Source of the DNA: a virus
Taxonomy: Duplodnaviria; Caudoviricetes
IMG/VR virus record: IMGVR_UViG_3300033463_000061
Location: 27,112-91,111 of that record
Length of the DNA stretch: 64,000 bases
Direction: 5' to 3' (one strand)
The notes below the pieces were generated by a model. The model was not told the origin of the DNA. It worked only from the letters and a program-made list of their open reading frames with translations, and did no database searches. The position numbers and the translations under genes are program-made. Within the stretch, counting starts at the first letter, position 1. Each line of letters starts with the position of its first letter. This document shows positions 26,883 through 36,064 of the stretch, one piece after another.

Positions 26883-29087
26883 CTAGGCCTGGTTCGGAAC
26901 CTGGTCGAGGTTCACGATCGCGTCCATGTACGGGATCACGGACGGCTCGTGGGTGGCCATGAACACCTGCGTGTTCATGTTCCTCGCCAGCTCGCGCACC
27001 TTCGCCAGGACGATGCCGAACCGGTCGACGTTGCTCTCGTCGAGGAACGCGGTCGGCTCATCGAGGGACAGGAGCCCGAGCTTCCGGGCGAACATCTTGT
27101 AGATGGCCAGCCGGAACGCGACTGCGAGCTGCACGCGCTCCCCGCCGGACAGGACGTTGGTCCCGGGCGGCTCGACCGGACGGTCGCGGCCGTCGGTGAA
27201 CTCGATCTTGAACCCGACCTGCTCCGGGTCCGGGACGACGACGAATGGCGCCGTGAAGTTCCCGAGGAACCGGTTGAGGTCGTCCGTGAGCGCCGCGAGG
27301 GTCGCGGTGACGAGGACGCGAGGGCCGTTCGCATAGTGGAACCAGTCCTTGACGTGCTCGGCCACCTGCAGCCGCTTCGCGAGCTCGTTCTGCTCGGCCT
27401 GCGCCCGCTTGAGCGACTCGACGGTCTTCCCGAGCGTGGCGATCGAGCCGACGACCTCGTCGCGGGTGGCCGTGACGCGCGCGGCGGCGACCTTGAGCTC
27501 GGTCTGCTTCGCGCGGCGCTTGTCGGTCTCCGCGACTATGGACTCCATGGCCGCGAGCGCCTGGTTCCAGTCGACGGCGGCCTCCGGGCCGCAGAGCTTG
27601 ACCGCCTCCGCCTCGGCCGCCGCAAGCCTTTCGACCGCGTCGGTGCGGGCCTTGTGGGCCACGTTGAACGCGATTTCGGCGCTGGCGACGGCCTTCTTGC
27701 GCTCGGCCGCCCGCGCGTCGTACTCGCGCTGCACCTGCATCTCGGTCCGCACCTTGGCCATCACCTCGTTGACGCGCTCCTCCGTGAGCTCCGACGGCTC
27801 GACGGCGTCCAGCGCGGCCTTCGCCGAAGCCAGCCTGGCCTGCGCCGCGGCGTCGTTCCGCTGCCACTGCTCGAGCTGCTGGCGGCGCGTGAACAGGCGC
27901 GTCTGCGCGTCCTGCAGGCGCGGAAGCGTCTTGGCCTCACGCTCGCGCAGGTCGGCAAGCTCCTTCTTCATGGCGTCGACCATGCCCGCGTCGAGCGGCT
28001 TGCCGCAGACGGGGCACGCCGGGCCGGCGCCGTCGAGGGCGGCCACGGACTTCTCCCTGAGCGCCTTCTCCGAGCGGATGGTCGCGAGCTCGGCCTGCGC
28101 CTGCTCGATCTCGACGCTCGCCTCGGCGATCTCCTCCGCGGTTGGGTGCGTGGCCCCGTGCGCGGCGCAGTACGCCTTCTGCGCCTCGTCGACGGCACTC
28201 TGGGCCGCGGCTTTCGCGCGGATCTTCCGCAGCTCGTCGACGAGGACCGCCTCCTGCCCGGTGAGGGCCGCGAAGTCGTATCCGGGGTTGGCGCCTCCCT
28301 GGTCGGCGGCGACCTTGGCGGCGTCGAGTTCGGCGGACTTGGCCATGACATGCTGCTCGCATGTGGCGACCTCGCTCTTGCCCTGCAGGACGCGTGAGAC
28401 GGCTGCGATCGCCTTTCCGAGGTTCGCGCTTTGCGACTCGTCGACTTCCCCGAACTCGGCGAGCGCCGCCTCGGCCGCCTTGACGTCCCCGTCGAGCGTG
28501 ACCTTGCGGGCCTCCAGCTCCCCGAGGCGCTGGTTGGCCTCGGTAAGCTGGATGTCGTAGCTTATGGGCTTGGTCGCCGTGTAGATCCAGTCCGTCAGGT
28601 TCTTGTGGATCTTGGCGGCGTCGAGGCCGAGCAGCTTCTGGAACGCCACCTCGCGGTCGCGCTTGTCGGTCTTCACGGATATGATCGCGTCGACTTCCGT
28701 CTGGCGGACGAAGACCGACTGCCGGACAAGGTCCTTGTCCATGTGCAGGCGCGTCTCCATCTCCTTGGCCACGTTCGTGATGCCGGACGTGGTTACGCCG
28801 TCGTACTCCAGCGTGACCTTGTTGGAGGACACGCTGCGCTCGATGCGGCCGGGCTTGCCGTCCTGCTCGAACTCGAGCACGACATGGCCCTCCTTGGCGC
28901 CCCAGTGCAGGAGCTCCGCCTTGTTCTTGTCAGGCTGTTCGCCGGTGAGGGCGAACTGGAGGGCGCCGAGCATGTTCGACTTGCCGACGCCGTTGTGGCC
29001 GACGACAGCGATCAGGTTCCCGGTAGTCTCGAGAGTGCGATGCACGTGCTGGCAGTAGTTTACCAGCTCAATGCGCTTTATGATCAT
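26883..29087 (-). CDS. sbcC: SbcC/Rad50 ABC-ATPase
   Basis: GHNGVGKS, coiled coil with CPVCG zinc hook, LSGGE, LDEPT, ATH. Confidence 0.93.
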   Translation of the reverse strand: MIIKRIELVNYCQHVHRTLETTGNLIAVVGHNGVGKSNMLGALQFALTGEQPDKNKAELLHWGAKEGHVVLEFEQDGKPGRIERSVSSNKVTLEYDGVTTSGITNVAKEMETRLHMDKDLVRQSVFVRQTEVDAIISVKTDKRDREVAFQKLLGLDAAKIHKNLTDWIYTATKPISYDIQLTEANQRLGELEARKVTLDGDVKAAEAALAEFGEVDESQSANLGKAIAAVSRVLQGKSEVATCEQHVMAKSAELDAAKVAADQGGANPGYDFAALTGQEAVLVDELRKIRAKAAAQSAVDEAQKAYCAAHGATHPTAEEIAEASVEIEQAQAELATIRSEKALREKSVAALDGAGPACPVCGKPLDAGMVDAMKKELADLREREAKTLPRLQDAQTRLFTRRQQLEQWQRNDAAAQARLASAKAALDAVEPSELTEERVNEVMAKVRTEMQVQREYDARAAERKKAVASAEIAFNVAHKARTDAVERLAAAEAEAVKLCGPEAAVDWNQALAAMESIVAETDKRRAKQTELKVAAARVTATRDEVVGSIATLGKTVESLKRAQAEQNELAKRLQVAEHVKDWFHYANGPRVLVTATLAALTDDLNRFLGNFTAPFVVVPDPEQVGFKIEFTDGRDRPVEPPGTNVLSGGERVQLAVAFRLAIYKMFARKLGLLSLDEPTAFLDESNVDRFGIVLAKVRELARNMNTQVFMATHEPSVIPYMDAIVNLDQVPNQA

Positions 29088-29090
29088 CGG

Positions 29091-29825
29091 CTACTCCTGC
29101 TCCGAGCGGTTCTTGTTCAGCACGCTGGTCAGCCATGCCTCGCACCTCTTGTCGTCTCCCTGGGCCTCGATGGTCGTGGAGACCGTCCACGGGGCGCGGG
29201 TGAACTTGGGGTTCTTGCGCTCGACGACCTTGGCCGACAGGATGCGGGGCTGGATGCTGTACCTCTTGGGGTCCGGGAACTGGATGGGGCGGTACCAGAA
29301 CACCTTGTGGTTGTTCAGGAACTCCTTTGCGTCCTGCTCGGCGAGCTCCTTCACGGGCTGCGCCCCTATGTTCAGGGTGATCTCGTGCGCCGACATGCGG
29401 ACGGACGAGCCGCGGACGGCGTCGTCGCCCTTCTTGTCGGGAGCCTTGCCGGCCTGGTCGTCGGTGGGCGCGGGTTCGCTCTTCCTGGCGATGTCCGCGA
29501 GGAGCTGCTGCTTCGCCGTCTGTACGGTCGCAGGCTTCTTCGCAGGGGCAGGCTTCTTCGTGGCGGGCTGCTTCGCTGGGGCCGGCTTCTTCGCGGGCTT
29601 GGCGGCAGGCTTCTGAGCCGGGGCCGGTTTCTTCGTGGCGGGATTCTCAGTAGCCGCTATGACCCCGTCCTTCGCCATGCCGGCAAGTACGCCGAGTTTG
29701 TTGAGGGCGGACAACAGCTGGTCTGTGGCGTCCTTTATCTCCTTGAACGCGTCCCGTATCGAGACGAGCGCCTTGACGACGTCTTCGGGGGACATCACAT
29801 CGGCAACGACTTTTTTCTTGCTCAT
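29091..29825 (-). CDS. Protein with a histone-H1-like KPA/KKPAPA repeat tract
   Basis: ATKKPAPAQKPAAKPAKKPAPAKQPATKKPAPAKKPA. Confidence 0.75.
   Translation of the reverse strand: MSKKKVVADVMSPEDVVKALVSIRDAFKEIKDATDQLLSALNKLGVLAGMAKDGVIAATENPATKKPAPAQKPAAKPAKKPAPAKQPATKKPAPAKKPATVQTAKQQLLADIARKSEPAPTDDQAGKAPDKKGDDAVRGSSVRMSAHEITLNIGAQPVKELAEQDAKEFLNNHKVFWYRPIQFPDPKRYSIQPRILSAKVVERKNPKFTRAPWTVSTTIEAQGDDKRCEAWLTSVLNKNRSEQE
29530..29645. repeat. Imperfect coding tandem repeats (K-K-P-A-P-A units)
   Basis: Repeated GGCTTCTTCG/GCAGGCTTC units. Confidence 0.6.
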
Positions 29826-30907
29826 TTTGTTTCCTTTGTAGTTGGGTTCACATATTCCTGCATTATCGCCTTCGCCTGGTCAGGCGTGTCGATTATACGG
29901 CTGATCAGCGATGCCTCGTCGGTGTCCGCCCCGAAGAACTTGCCTATGGCGTCCTTCAGGCCGACCACGACGTTGCGCTTCTCGACCTGCTCCTCGATCG
30001 TCCGGTTGCCGTACGGCAGTATGCGGTAGAGGCGGTCCTTGAGGGCGTCCTCCACGCGCGATATCGGCTTTCCGGGCGCGGACAGGTTGACCTTCACGAG
30101 CCAGAACGTCTCCGCGTCCTTCAGCATCGGGGAGAGCTTCTCGTCGATGCCCTCCGCGGAGTCGATGTCCACCATCTCGAACCGGCGGGTGTTCAGCGTC
30201 AGCGTCTCGTAGGTGTACCTGCTGCCCGACTGCACGGTGACGACGTCTACCGACTTGGGGCCGAGCTCCGATATGTCGTTCATCTCGGTGCTGCCCGGAT
30301 ACCGGTAGATGCGCCCCGCCTCCGTGGAGGTGGAGACCGGGTTGTGGATGTGCCCGAGGGCGACGTACCCGGCGTTGATCGCGTCGAGGTACGGCTCGAG
30401 GTCGCGCAGGCTCAGCGCGGTCGAGTAGGCGGTCAGCTCCGCGATCTCCATGTGGAGGACGAGGACGCCGCCGTGCAGGTCGCACCCGCGCTCCTTCAGC
30501 GACGTCAGCTTCTCGATGAGCTGCTGCGTGCGGCAGAAGTCGATGCCCGCGAACCAGACGCCGCCGGCATTGTACGCGGGCGTTCCGTCGGCCGTGTCCT
30601 GCTCCAGCGGGAAGAACCCGCAGAGCCGCGCCCACTTGCCCCCGGAGAGGTCGTGGTTGCCGTCGATCGACAGCACCGGTATCCCCGCCACCGACAGCCT
30701 GGTGCCGAAGCTCCGCGCCGCCTGTACGGCGCTTGCCGGCGGCCTTGCGTTGTCGAAGATGTCGCCTGCGACAACGACTGCGTCGACCTTCTCGCGGATC
30801 GCTATTTCGACGATTTCGTCCAGGGGCTTCATGAAGTCCGCCTCCCGGACGTTCATGCCGTACTGGCGGTAGCCAAGGTGCCAGTCGGCGGTGTGCAGAA
30901 ATTTCAT
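29822..30907 (-). CDS. sbcD: SbcD/Mre11 metallophosphoesterase nuclease
   Basis: HTADWHLG, AGDIFD, DGNHD, LGHIH, YPGS. Confidence 0.93.
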   Translation of the reverse strand: MKFLHTADWHLGYRQYGMNVREADFMKPLDEIVEIAIREKVDAVVVAGDIFDNARPPASAVQAARSFGTRLSVAGIPVLSIDGNHDLSGGKWARLCGFFPLEQDTADGTPAYNAGGVWFAGIDFCRTQQLIEKLTSLKERGCDLHGGVLVLHMEIAELTAYSTALSLRDLEPYLDAINAGYVALGHIHNPVSTSTEAGRIYRYPGSTEMNDISELGPKSVDVVTVQSGSRYTYETLTLNTRRFEMVDIDSAEGIDEKLSPMLKDAETFWLVKVNLSAPGKPISRVEDALKDRLYRILPYGNRTIEEQVEKRNVVVGLKDAIGKFFGADTDEASLISRIIDTPDQAKAIMQEYVNPTTKETK

Positions 30908-31332
30908 TTGGTTTCGATCTCCATGTTGAAGTTCATCCTGGCAACGGTGTCCAGCAGTGTGATCAGCGCCCAGGCCTTCGGCGTAGGCGCCTTGAGCACC
31001 TTCTCCACGGCGTCCACGGCGTCAGCCGAGTTCAGCCGCAGGTAGTACTCGCACGCGGTGCGCACGTCGAGGTCGCGCAAAGTCCCAGCGAAGTCGGACC
31101 AGTTGTCTTGCGTCTGCTGGACTTTCACGGACGCAACCGGCCTCCCGTACGACCCCATCTCGGCGACGAGGGTGATCTTCGGGTAGCTCGGATTGCCGTC
31201 GCGGTCGTAGCCCACGAACTTGGACACCTCGACACGGCGGTCCCCGCGGGCTTTCGCGTTCTCGAGCTCCGTGATGAGGGCCCTGACCTGCGGGGTGACC
31301 GCTGCGGGGGCTGACGGTACGAGCGCGTTCAT
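30904..31332 (-). CDS. Hypothetical protein
   Basis: ATGA-coupled ORF. Confidence 0.7.
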   Translation of the reverse strand: MNALVPSAPAAVTPQVRALITELENAKARGDRRVEVSKFVGYDRDGNPSYPKITLVAEMGSYGRPVASVKVQQTQDNWSDFAGTLRDLDVRTACEYYLRLNSADAVDAVEKVLKAPTPKAWALITLLDTVARMNFNMEIETK

Positions 31333-32000
31333 TCCGCACCTCCAGTCCGCTTCGGCATCGGGAAGCGGATGCAGAGCACCAGCTTCTCCGGGTTGCTCCC
31401 CTTCGGCAGGTTCGCTATCCCGCGACGCTCAAGCTCGAGCGCGTCCGTGCCGTGGGCACTGAGCCCGCTGTGGAAGACGACGGCCTGGCCCTCCGGCTTG
31501 TCGTAGGACTTGCAGAAGTCCAACCCGTGCTTCCACTTCTTGTTGCCGATGCCGTCGCCGTCGACGACAAGCGCATCGAACTGCGAGAGGACTGACTCGT
31601 CTTCGGGTAGCTGCCTGAGGTACGCCACCACCGCGTCGGGCATGAACTTCTTCACATACCCCTCCATAAAGGGCACGTCGTCGATGACGAGCACCTTTAG
31701 GGCGCGCACTTCCTGCGTCGTCGGCACGGGCTTCGGCTCGGGGACCCTCCGCGCAGGCCGCAGAACGACCTGCACTGGCTCGTGGTCCTCCTTGAGCCAG
31801 CCCTGGTGCGACTCGTCCACGAGGGTGTACCTGGCGTGGGCGAGCCGGTCCTTTATGCCGGACAGGAACTTGACGACCTCCGCGTTGGTGGCCTTCTTTA
31901 TCCACCCTCGCGTGGTAAAGCCCTTGCTCGCAGGGCCGCCTATGGCTTCGTCAATCCTCCAGATCACCTCGTCGAGCGCCTCTACCGGGAACGGGCTCAC
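31329..32000 (-). CDS. Protein with a C-terminal response-regulator receiver (REC) domain
   Basis: KVLVIDD...FDALVVD...G.D...VVFHSG...LPK. Confidence 0.65.
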   Translation of the reverse strand: MSPFPVEALDEVIWRIDEAIGGPASKGFTTRGWIKKATNAEVVKFLSGIKDRLAHARYTLVDESHQGWLKEDHEPVQVVLRPARRVPEPKPVPTTQEVRALKVLVIDDVPFMEGYVKKFMPDAVVAYLRQLPEDESVLSQFDALVVDGDGIGNKKWKHGLDFCKSYDKPEGQAVVFHSGLSAHGTDALELERRGIANLPKGSNPEKLVLCIRFPMPKRTGGAE

Positions 32001-32218
32001 GGGTCGACCTCCATGATGCGGTCGACCATCGAATCGACCTGGTCCGGCACGACGAGGCCACTGCCGTCGACGTCAATATGCGCGTACCGGAGCTTTATCT
32101 CGGCGGCCTTGAGCTTGTTGGCCCGCTTCAGCTCCTTCGCGATAGCCCTGGCGCTTGACTGCATGACGCTCCAGAACTGGATCTCTCCGCTGCATGGCGT
32201 TCCGTATGCGCCGGCCAT
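31997..32218 (-). CDS. Small hypothetical protein (MAGAYGTP...)
   Basis: Operonic overlaps. Confidence 0.55.
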   Translation of the reverse strand: MAGAYGTPCSGEIQFWSVMQSSARAIAKELKRANKLKAAEIKLRYAHIDVDGSGLVVPDQVDSMVDRIMEVDP

Positions 32219-32763
32219 CACTCGCCTCCCCCGTTGTTCGCCTCGGCGTTCGCTTTCGCGGTCTCGGCCATGAGCTTGTCGTAGCACGCGTCGCAGAGGA
32301 CCGCATCGCGGTTGTACTTCCCTTCGACCACGACCGTGACGTAGTGCGCGTCGTCGTGCGGGACCTCGGCCCCGCATTCCGTGCACTTCACCGGCTCGTC
32401 CGCGTCCGGCACGGCGTTCTGGACGGCCTGCGCGGCGTCCTGCGCGGTGTCCTGAGCCGCCTGCTCCTTCTTCTGGCGCAGCTTGCTGAGCTTGGCCTTC
32501 ACCCGCTCCTGCGCCTCCGACGGCCTCTCCTCGTCCCTTGCCGCCTGCCTCTTGGCGTACTCGTCGTCGACCGCCTGGTAGAGGGCCGGCAGCTGGGTTT
32601 CGGAAATGGCCCGAACAAGGTTATCGGCCTGCGTCAGGAAGTCCTGCTTGGCCGAGGACGGGTCGACCCCGTGAAGCCCGGTCGCCAGCTGCAGCTCGCT
32701 GCTCGCGTCTTTCGACACGGCGCCGTCGTCGCTCGAGACGACTACCTGGAATTTCACTCTCAT
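32218..32763 (-). CDS. Hypothetical protein with a C-terminal Zn ribbon
   Basis: CTEC...LCDAC. Confidence 0.7.
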   Translation of the reverse strand: MRVKFQVVVSSDDGAVSKDASSELQLATGLHGVDPSSAKQDFLTQADNLVRAISETQLPALYQAVDDEYAKRQAARDEERPSEAQERVKAKLSKLRQKKEQAAQDTAQDAAQAVQNAVPDADEPVKCTECGAEVPHDDAHYVTVVVEGKYNRDAVLCDACYDKLMAETAKANAEANNGGGE

Positions 32764-33218
32764 TTCTTCTGCCCCTTTTCTTCGCTTGTTCCGGAATACC
32801 GGAGCTCGACTCCCCACGTCTCGGCGATATCGGCCGTCATCGGCTCGAACTCCTTCGCCATCCGCGATACCACGGACTCCGGCACGTTGTGTATGTTCCC
32901 GTACTTCCCGTAGCACTCTACCACGTGTACCGTGTATCCGAACGCGTGCCCCATCGTGATGTAGAGCTTGAGGTGCTCGAGCTTGACGTGTGTGGCGGCG
33001 ACTGCAAGGCACGGCATGTCGAGCCTGGCCATCGCGAACCTGAGAAGGTCCTCGACCTTTCGCAGGACGTCCGCGTTCTTGTCCGAGTCGAATACGTAGT
33101 TGTGGTCCGCGTCGTACCTGAACATGTCCGGCTCTATCACCAGCGAGGCGAGCTTGTTAGCGAGCGTGGACTTGCCGCTTCCGGGGAGACCCCGGAAGAT
33201 GAATAGTTTCTTCTTCAT
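32760..33218 (-). CDS. AAA_33-type P-loop (polynucleotide/nucleotide) kinase
   Basis: RGLPGSGKSTLA...HNVP. Confidence 0.85.
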   Translation of the reverse strand: MKKKLFIFRGLPGSGKSTLANKLASLVIEPDMFRYDADHNYVFDSDKNADVLRKVEDLLRFAMARLDMPCLAVAATHVKLEHLKLYITMGHAFGYTVHVVECYGKYGNIHNVPESVVSRMAKEFEPMTADIAETWGVELRYSGTSEEKGQKK

Positions 33219-33239
33219 GTGTACCTCCTGAGGCTGTGA

Positions 33240-33428
33240 TCAGACATACGGCGCCCAGCCCTCAATGGTCTGGAGCGTCCGTCTGGTCGACAGAGTGGTT
33301 TTCTGCCCGTAGCGGGGGGCGTACGTCATGGCGTACAGCCGTGCAGGCTTGTGCTTGCCATGCCGTAGCCGCCCCCAGCCTCCGAGCTCCCTGACTCGCA
33401 AATACAACCTTGGCGACCTGCTTTTCAT
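33240..33428 (-). CDS. Small basic hypothetical protein (MKSRSPRL...)
   Basis: Short ORF leading the left operon. Confidence 0.45.
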   Translation of the reverse strand: MKSRSPRLYLRVRELGGWGRLRHGKHKPARLYAMTYAPRYGQKTTLSTRRTLQTIEGWAPYV

Positions 33429-33525
33429 ACGTACCTGTCCGCGACGAGCGACATCACCCTTCCAGAGGCGCTGAACGCCCTGCACGAATGATTTTCATGT
33501 TGCCCGTGCGCATTTTCACGATTTT

Positions 33526-33534
33526 TGGTATAAT
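33526..33534 (+). promoter_or_regulatory. Extended -10 promoter TGGTATAAT upstream of terminase
   Basis: Consensus extended -10 in an AT-rich intergenic region. Confidence 0.6.
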
Positions 33535-33573
33535 CTTCTGCGGTCGCCGACAAGGCGTCCGCTGGTTGTAGTA

Positions 33574-33602
33574 ATTGTACCAAATGATCGTGAACTTGTG
33601 AA
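33574..33602 (-). promoter_or_regulatory. Promoter TTCACA-N17-(TGG)TACAAT for the leftward operon
   Basis: Near-consensus elements with 17-bp spacing. Confidence 0.55.
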
Positions 33603-35418
33603 GCACGACACGACAGTAGGCTTGCCACCGGGTTCACCCGTGGGTCGAAAGCAGTCAGGATCATCGCGAGGAGATGCTCCATCTTTCTCTTCCGATGATC
33701 TGGTCTGTATTGGGGACTATCTTGCCTCTGACATAGGCAAGAAAGAGTGCAAGCTTCTCCGGCGAGGCGACATGCTTCCGTACCTCTTCAAGTTGCGCGG
33801 ACAGCCGATGTCGCTAAACGACCATATACAGTTTCACGCCATGTACTCAGACGAGTACGTCGCCGACACGGTATTCGTGTGCGGACGACAGGTCGGAAAA
33901 TCGCTGAACCTGTCACGTGTCGAAGTCCTGGACGCGCTCAGCGCAAACGAACTCCAGCTCCTGTACGTCGCCCCGCTCCAGTCGCAGTCGCAGCGCTATT
34001 CGACGCTGTACCTGAACGAGGCGATCAAGTCATGCGAACTCGCCAGGATAAACCAGATGAAGGCCCTCGAAGGGCTCTGGTCCGACTCGAAGATACTGAC
34101 GGCCGTCGGCCACCAGTCGTTCGCCAACGGCTCTGGCATCCAGCTGACATACGCCAAGACCTCCCCGGACCGCGCCCGCGGCATCTTCGCAGACATAATC
34201 GACTTCGACGAGGTCCAGGACCAGCTCACGGACAACATCCCGATCATCTCCCAGTCGACTAAGTCCTCCAAGTGGGGAATCCGCCGGTTCACGGGCACGG
34301 CCAAGACCGTCGACAACACGATCGAGGGGCTGTGGCGGAACTCGTCCCAGTGCGAGTGGGTGATGAAGTGCGACCACTGCGGGGCGTGGAACATACCGAA
34401 CATGGACGGACGCGTCCTCGACATGATCCAGGCCGACGGCATGCACTGCGTCGAGTGCGGCGGCAAGCTTAACGTCAGGAACGGTGAGTGGGTCCCCAAC
34501 AAACAGGACAAGATGAAGACGTTCCGCGGGTACCATATCCCGCAGGTCATCCTCCCGTTCCATACCGAGAACATGGACAACTGGGGCAAGATCGTTCGAG
34601 ACGTGATGACGCTCCCGATCCCCGTGATTCTCCAGGAAATACTAGGAATCAGCTGCTCGCAGGGGCAGCGCATCATCGACCAGAACACCATCGACAGGCA
34701 GTCGGTCCTCCCAGACGTACGCCAGCTCCAGGATCTGCTGCACAACTACGCCTTTACAGTCGGAGGACTCGACTGGGGCGGTGCGGAACAGGTCTCGTTC
34801 ACGGTGCACACAATCCTAGGCGTGTGCTACGACGGAACCATCGACGTCCTCTGGGCCCGCCGCTACCAGGGATTCGATCCGGACGAGATGCTCACGGAGA
34901 TCGCGAAGACCCATTTCTTCTACGGCTGCCGCGCGCTGGCGGCCGACTACGGCATGGGCTTTGACAAGAATGTCATGCTAGAGTCGCGGTTCGGAATCCC
35001 GGTCATCCAGATCCAGCTATGCAAGCAGAACGCGCTGATGAACTTCAGCCCTGCGCTCGGGCACCCGCGCTGGATGGTCGACAAGACCACCGCACTTGAC
35101 CTCATGTTCATGGGAATCAAGTACGGACGCATGCGCTTCCCGCCGAAAGAGCAGTTCGAGAGCTTCACGAAGGACCTGCTGTCCCCGTACGAAGAGGTCG
35201 TCGACCACGGAGAACTCGCCCACAGGCGGTTCGTCCGCGACCCGTCGCGTCCTGACGACTTCGCGATGGCCCTTTGCTTCGGGACGATGGTCGCCCTGAA
35301 GATGAGGCACTCCAAGCTGACGGACATCATACCGAAAGGTGCGCTCGCGACGAAAGTCGGAAGGCCTGAATTTACCATTCTCGACCCGGACGAGATCATG
35401 CGTGCGCTCAACAGCTGA
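33598..35418 (+). CDS. terL: Terminase large subunit (GpA-like, with Zn-binding insert)
   Basis: GRQVGKS Walker A, DFDEVQD Walker B, GTAKT, CDHC/CVEC, GLDWGG nuclease, PDDF; exact start uncertain. Confidence 0.9.
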   Translation: MKHDTTVGLPPGSPVGRKQSGSSRGDAPSFSSDDLVCIGDYLASDIGKKECKLLRRGDMLPYLFKLRGQPMSLNDHIQFHAMYSDEYVADTVFVCGRQVGKSLNLSRVEVLDALSANELQLLYVAPLQSQSQRYSTLYLNEAIKSCELARINQMKALEGLWSDSKILTAVGHQSFANGSGIQLTYAKTSPDRARGIFADIIDFDEVQDQLTDNIPIISQSTKSSKWGIRRFTGTAKTVDNTIEGLWRNSSQCEWVMKCDHCGAWNIPNMDGRVLDMIQADGMHCVECGGKLNVRNGEWVPNKQDKMKTFRGYHIPQVILPFHTENMDNWGKIVRDVMTLPIPVILQEILGISCSQGQRIIDQNTIDRQSVLPDVRQLQDLLHNYAFTVGGLDWGGAEQVSFTVHTILGVCYDGTIDVLWARRYQGFDPDEMLTEIAKTHFFYGCRALAADYGMGFDKNVMLESRFGIPVIQIQLCKQNALMNFSPALGHPRWMVDKTTALDLMFMGIKYGRMRFPPKEQFESFTKDLLSPYEEVVDHGELAHRRFVRDPSRPDDFAMALCFGTMVALKMRHSKLTDIIPKGALATKVGRPEFTILDPDEIMRALNS

Positions 35419-35710
35419 CGGAAAAGTTGTCTACAGCTGTAAATATCCTGTATACAACGGCCTGTACGCGGTAATCACTAGTCGCTGCGCAAAGCGCGCC
35501 TGCAGCTTTAGCGCACATGCACCCGCGCGTATATGCCGGCAACCCGTCTGTATGCTAAGGAAAAGTGCACTTCTGCACCACCAGAAAGCCCGAAGGCCGC
35601 CATCTACCGATAAATGCACGTATGCACGTACCGGTAGACGGCGACCTTTAGGTCGTTTGGAGGGTGATAATGCCTTCCGTAGAAGGTTATACCACCTTTT
35701 CGCGCCTTTT

Positions 35711-35962
35711 TTAGGGCGAAACCGCTGCGGCTGCGGCCTTTATGACGCGCCACTCGGCGCGCCACTCAGGCACGGACTCCACGTCGGCCCAAAATTTGGC
35801 CTTGTCGGACTCGGGCCAGGCCTCTACCGCCTCAAGGCGCGCCTTGCAGCGCTCCGCAAAGGCGGTCGGCCTGGCCCTAATCTGCATGAGGATTACTCCT
35901 GCAGCAACGCCCAACACCGCGCCTCCTAGGAAGACGCAGGCCTGGCAAACGAATTTCTCCAT
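35711..35962 (-). CDS. Small membrane-anchored protein
   Basis: N-terminal hydrophobic helix; TATAAT at 36002-36007 upstream. Confidence 0.55.
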   Translation of the reverse strand: MEKFVCQACVFLGGAVLGVAAGVILMQIRARPTAFAERCKARLEAVEAWPESDKAKFWADVESVPEWRAEWRVIKAAAAAVSP

Positions 35963-36064
35963 TTTTACCCCTTTCTGGGGTGCTAAAGGCACCCGTTATG
36001 TATTATAACCAGAAAACTGGCGTATTTTACGCTGTTTTTCGGCCAAAACGGGTGCAAATCATGC

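Noticed and set aside
29530-29645. Tandem repeats as an origin iteron or CRISPR-like array
   Set aside because: They are in-frame coding repeats for Lys-Pro-Ala units
12163-35418. Inteins or introns in the polymerase, helicases or terminase
   Set aside because: Protein lengths and motif spacing look normal; no splice-junction or homing-endonuclease inserts seen
35431-35619. 62-aa minus-strand ORF (and the overlapping 35339..35929 plus-strand ORF)
   Set aside because: No RBS, atypical composition, and they overlap a hairpin-rich region and neighbouring genes
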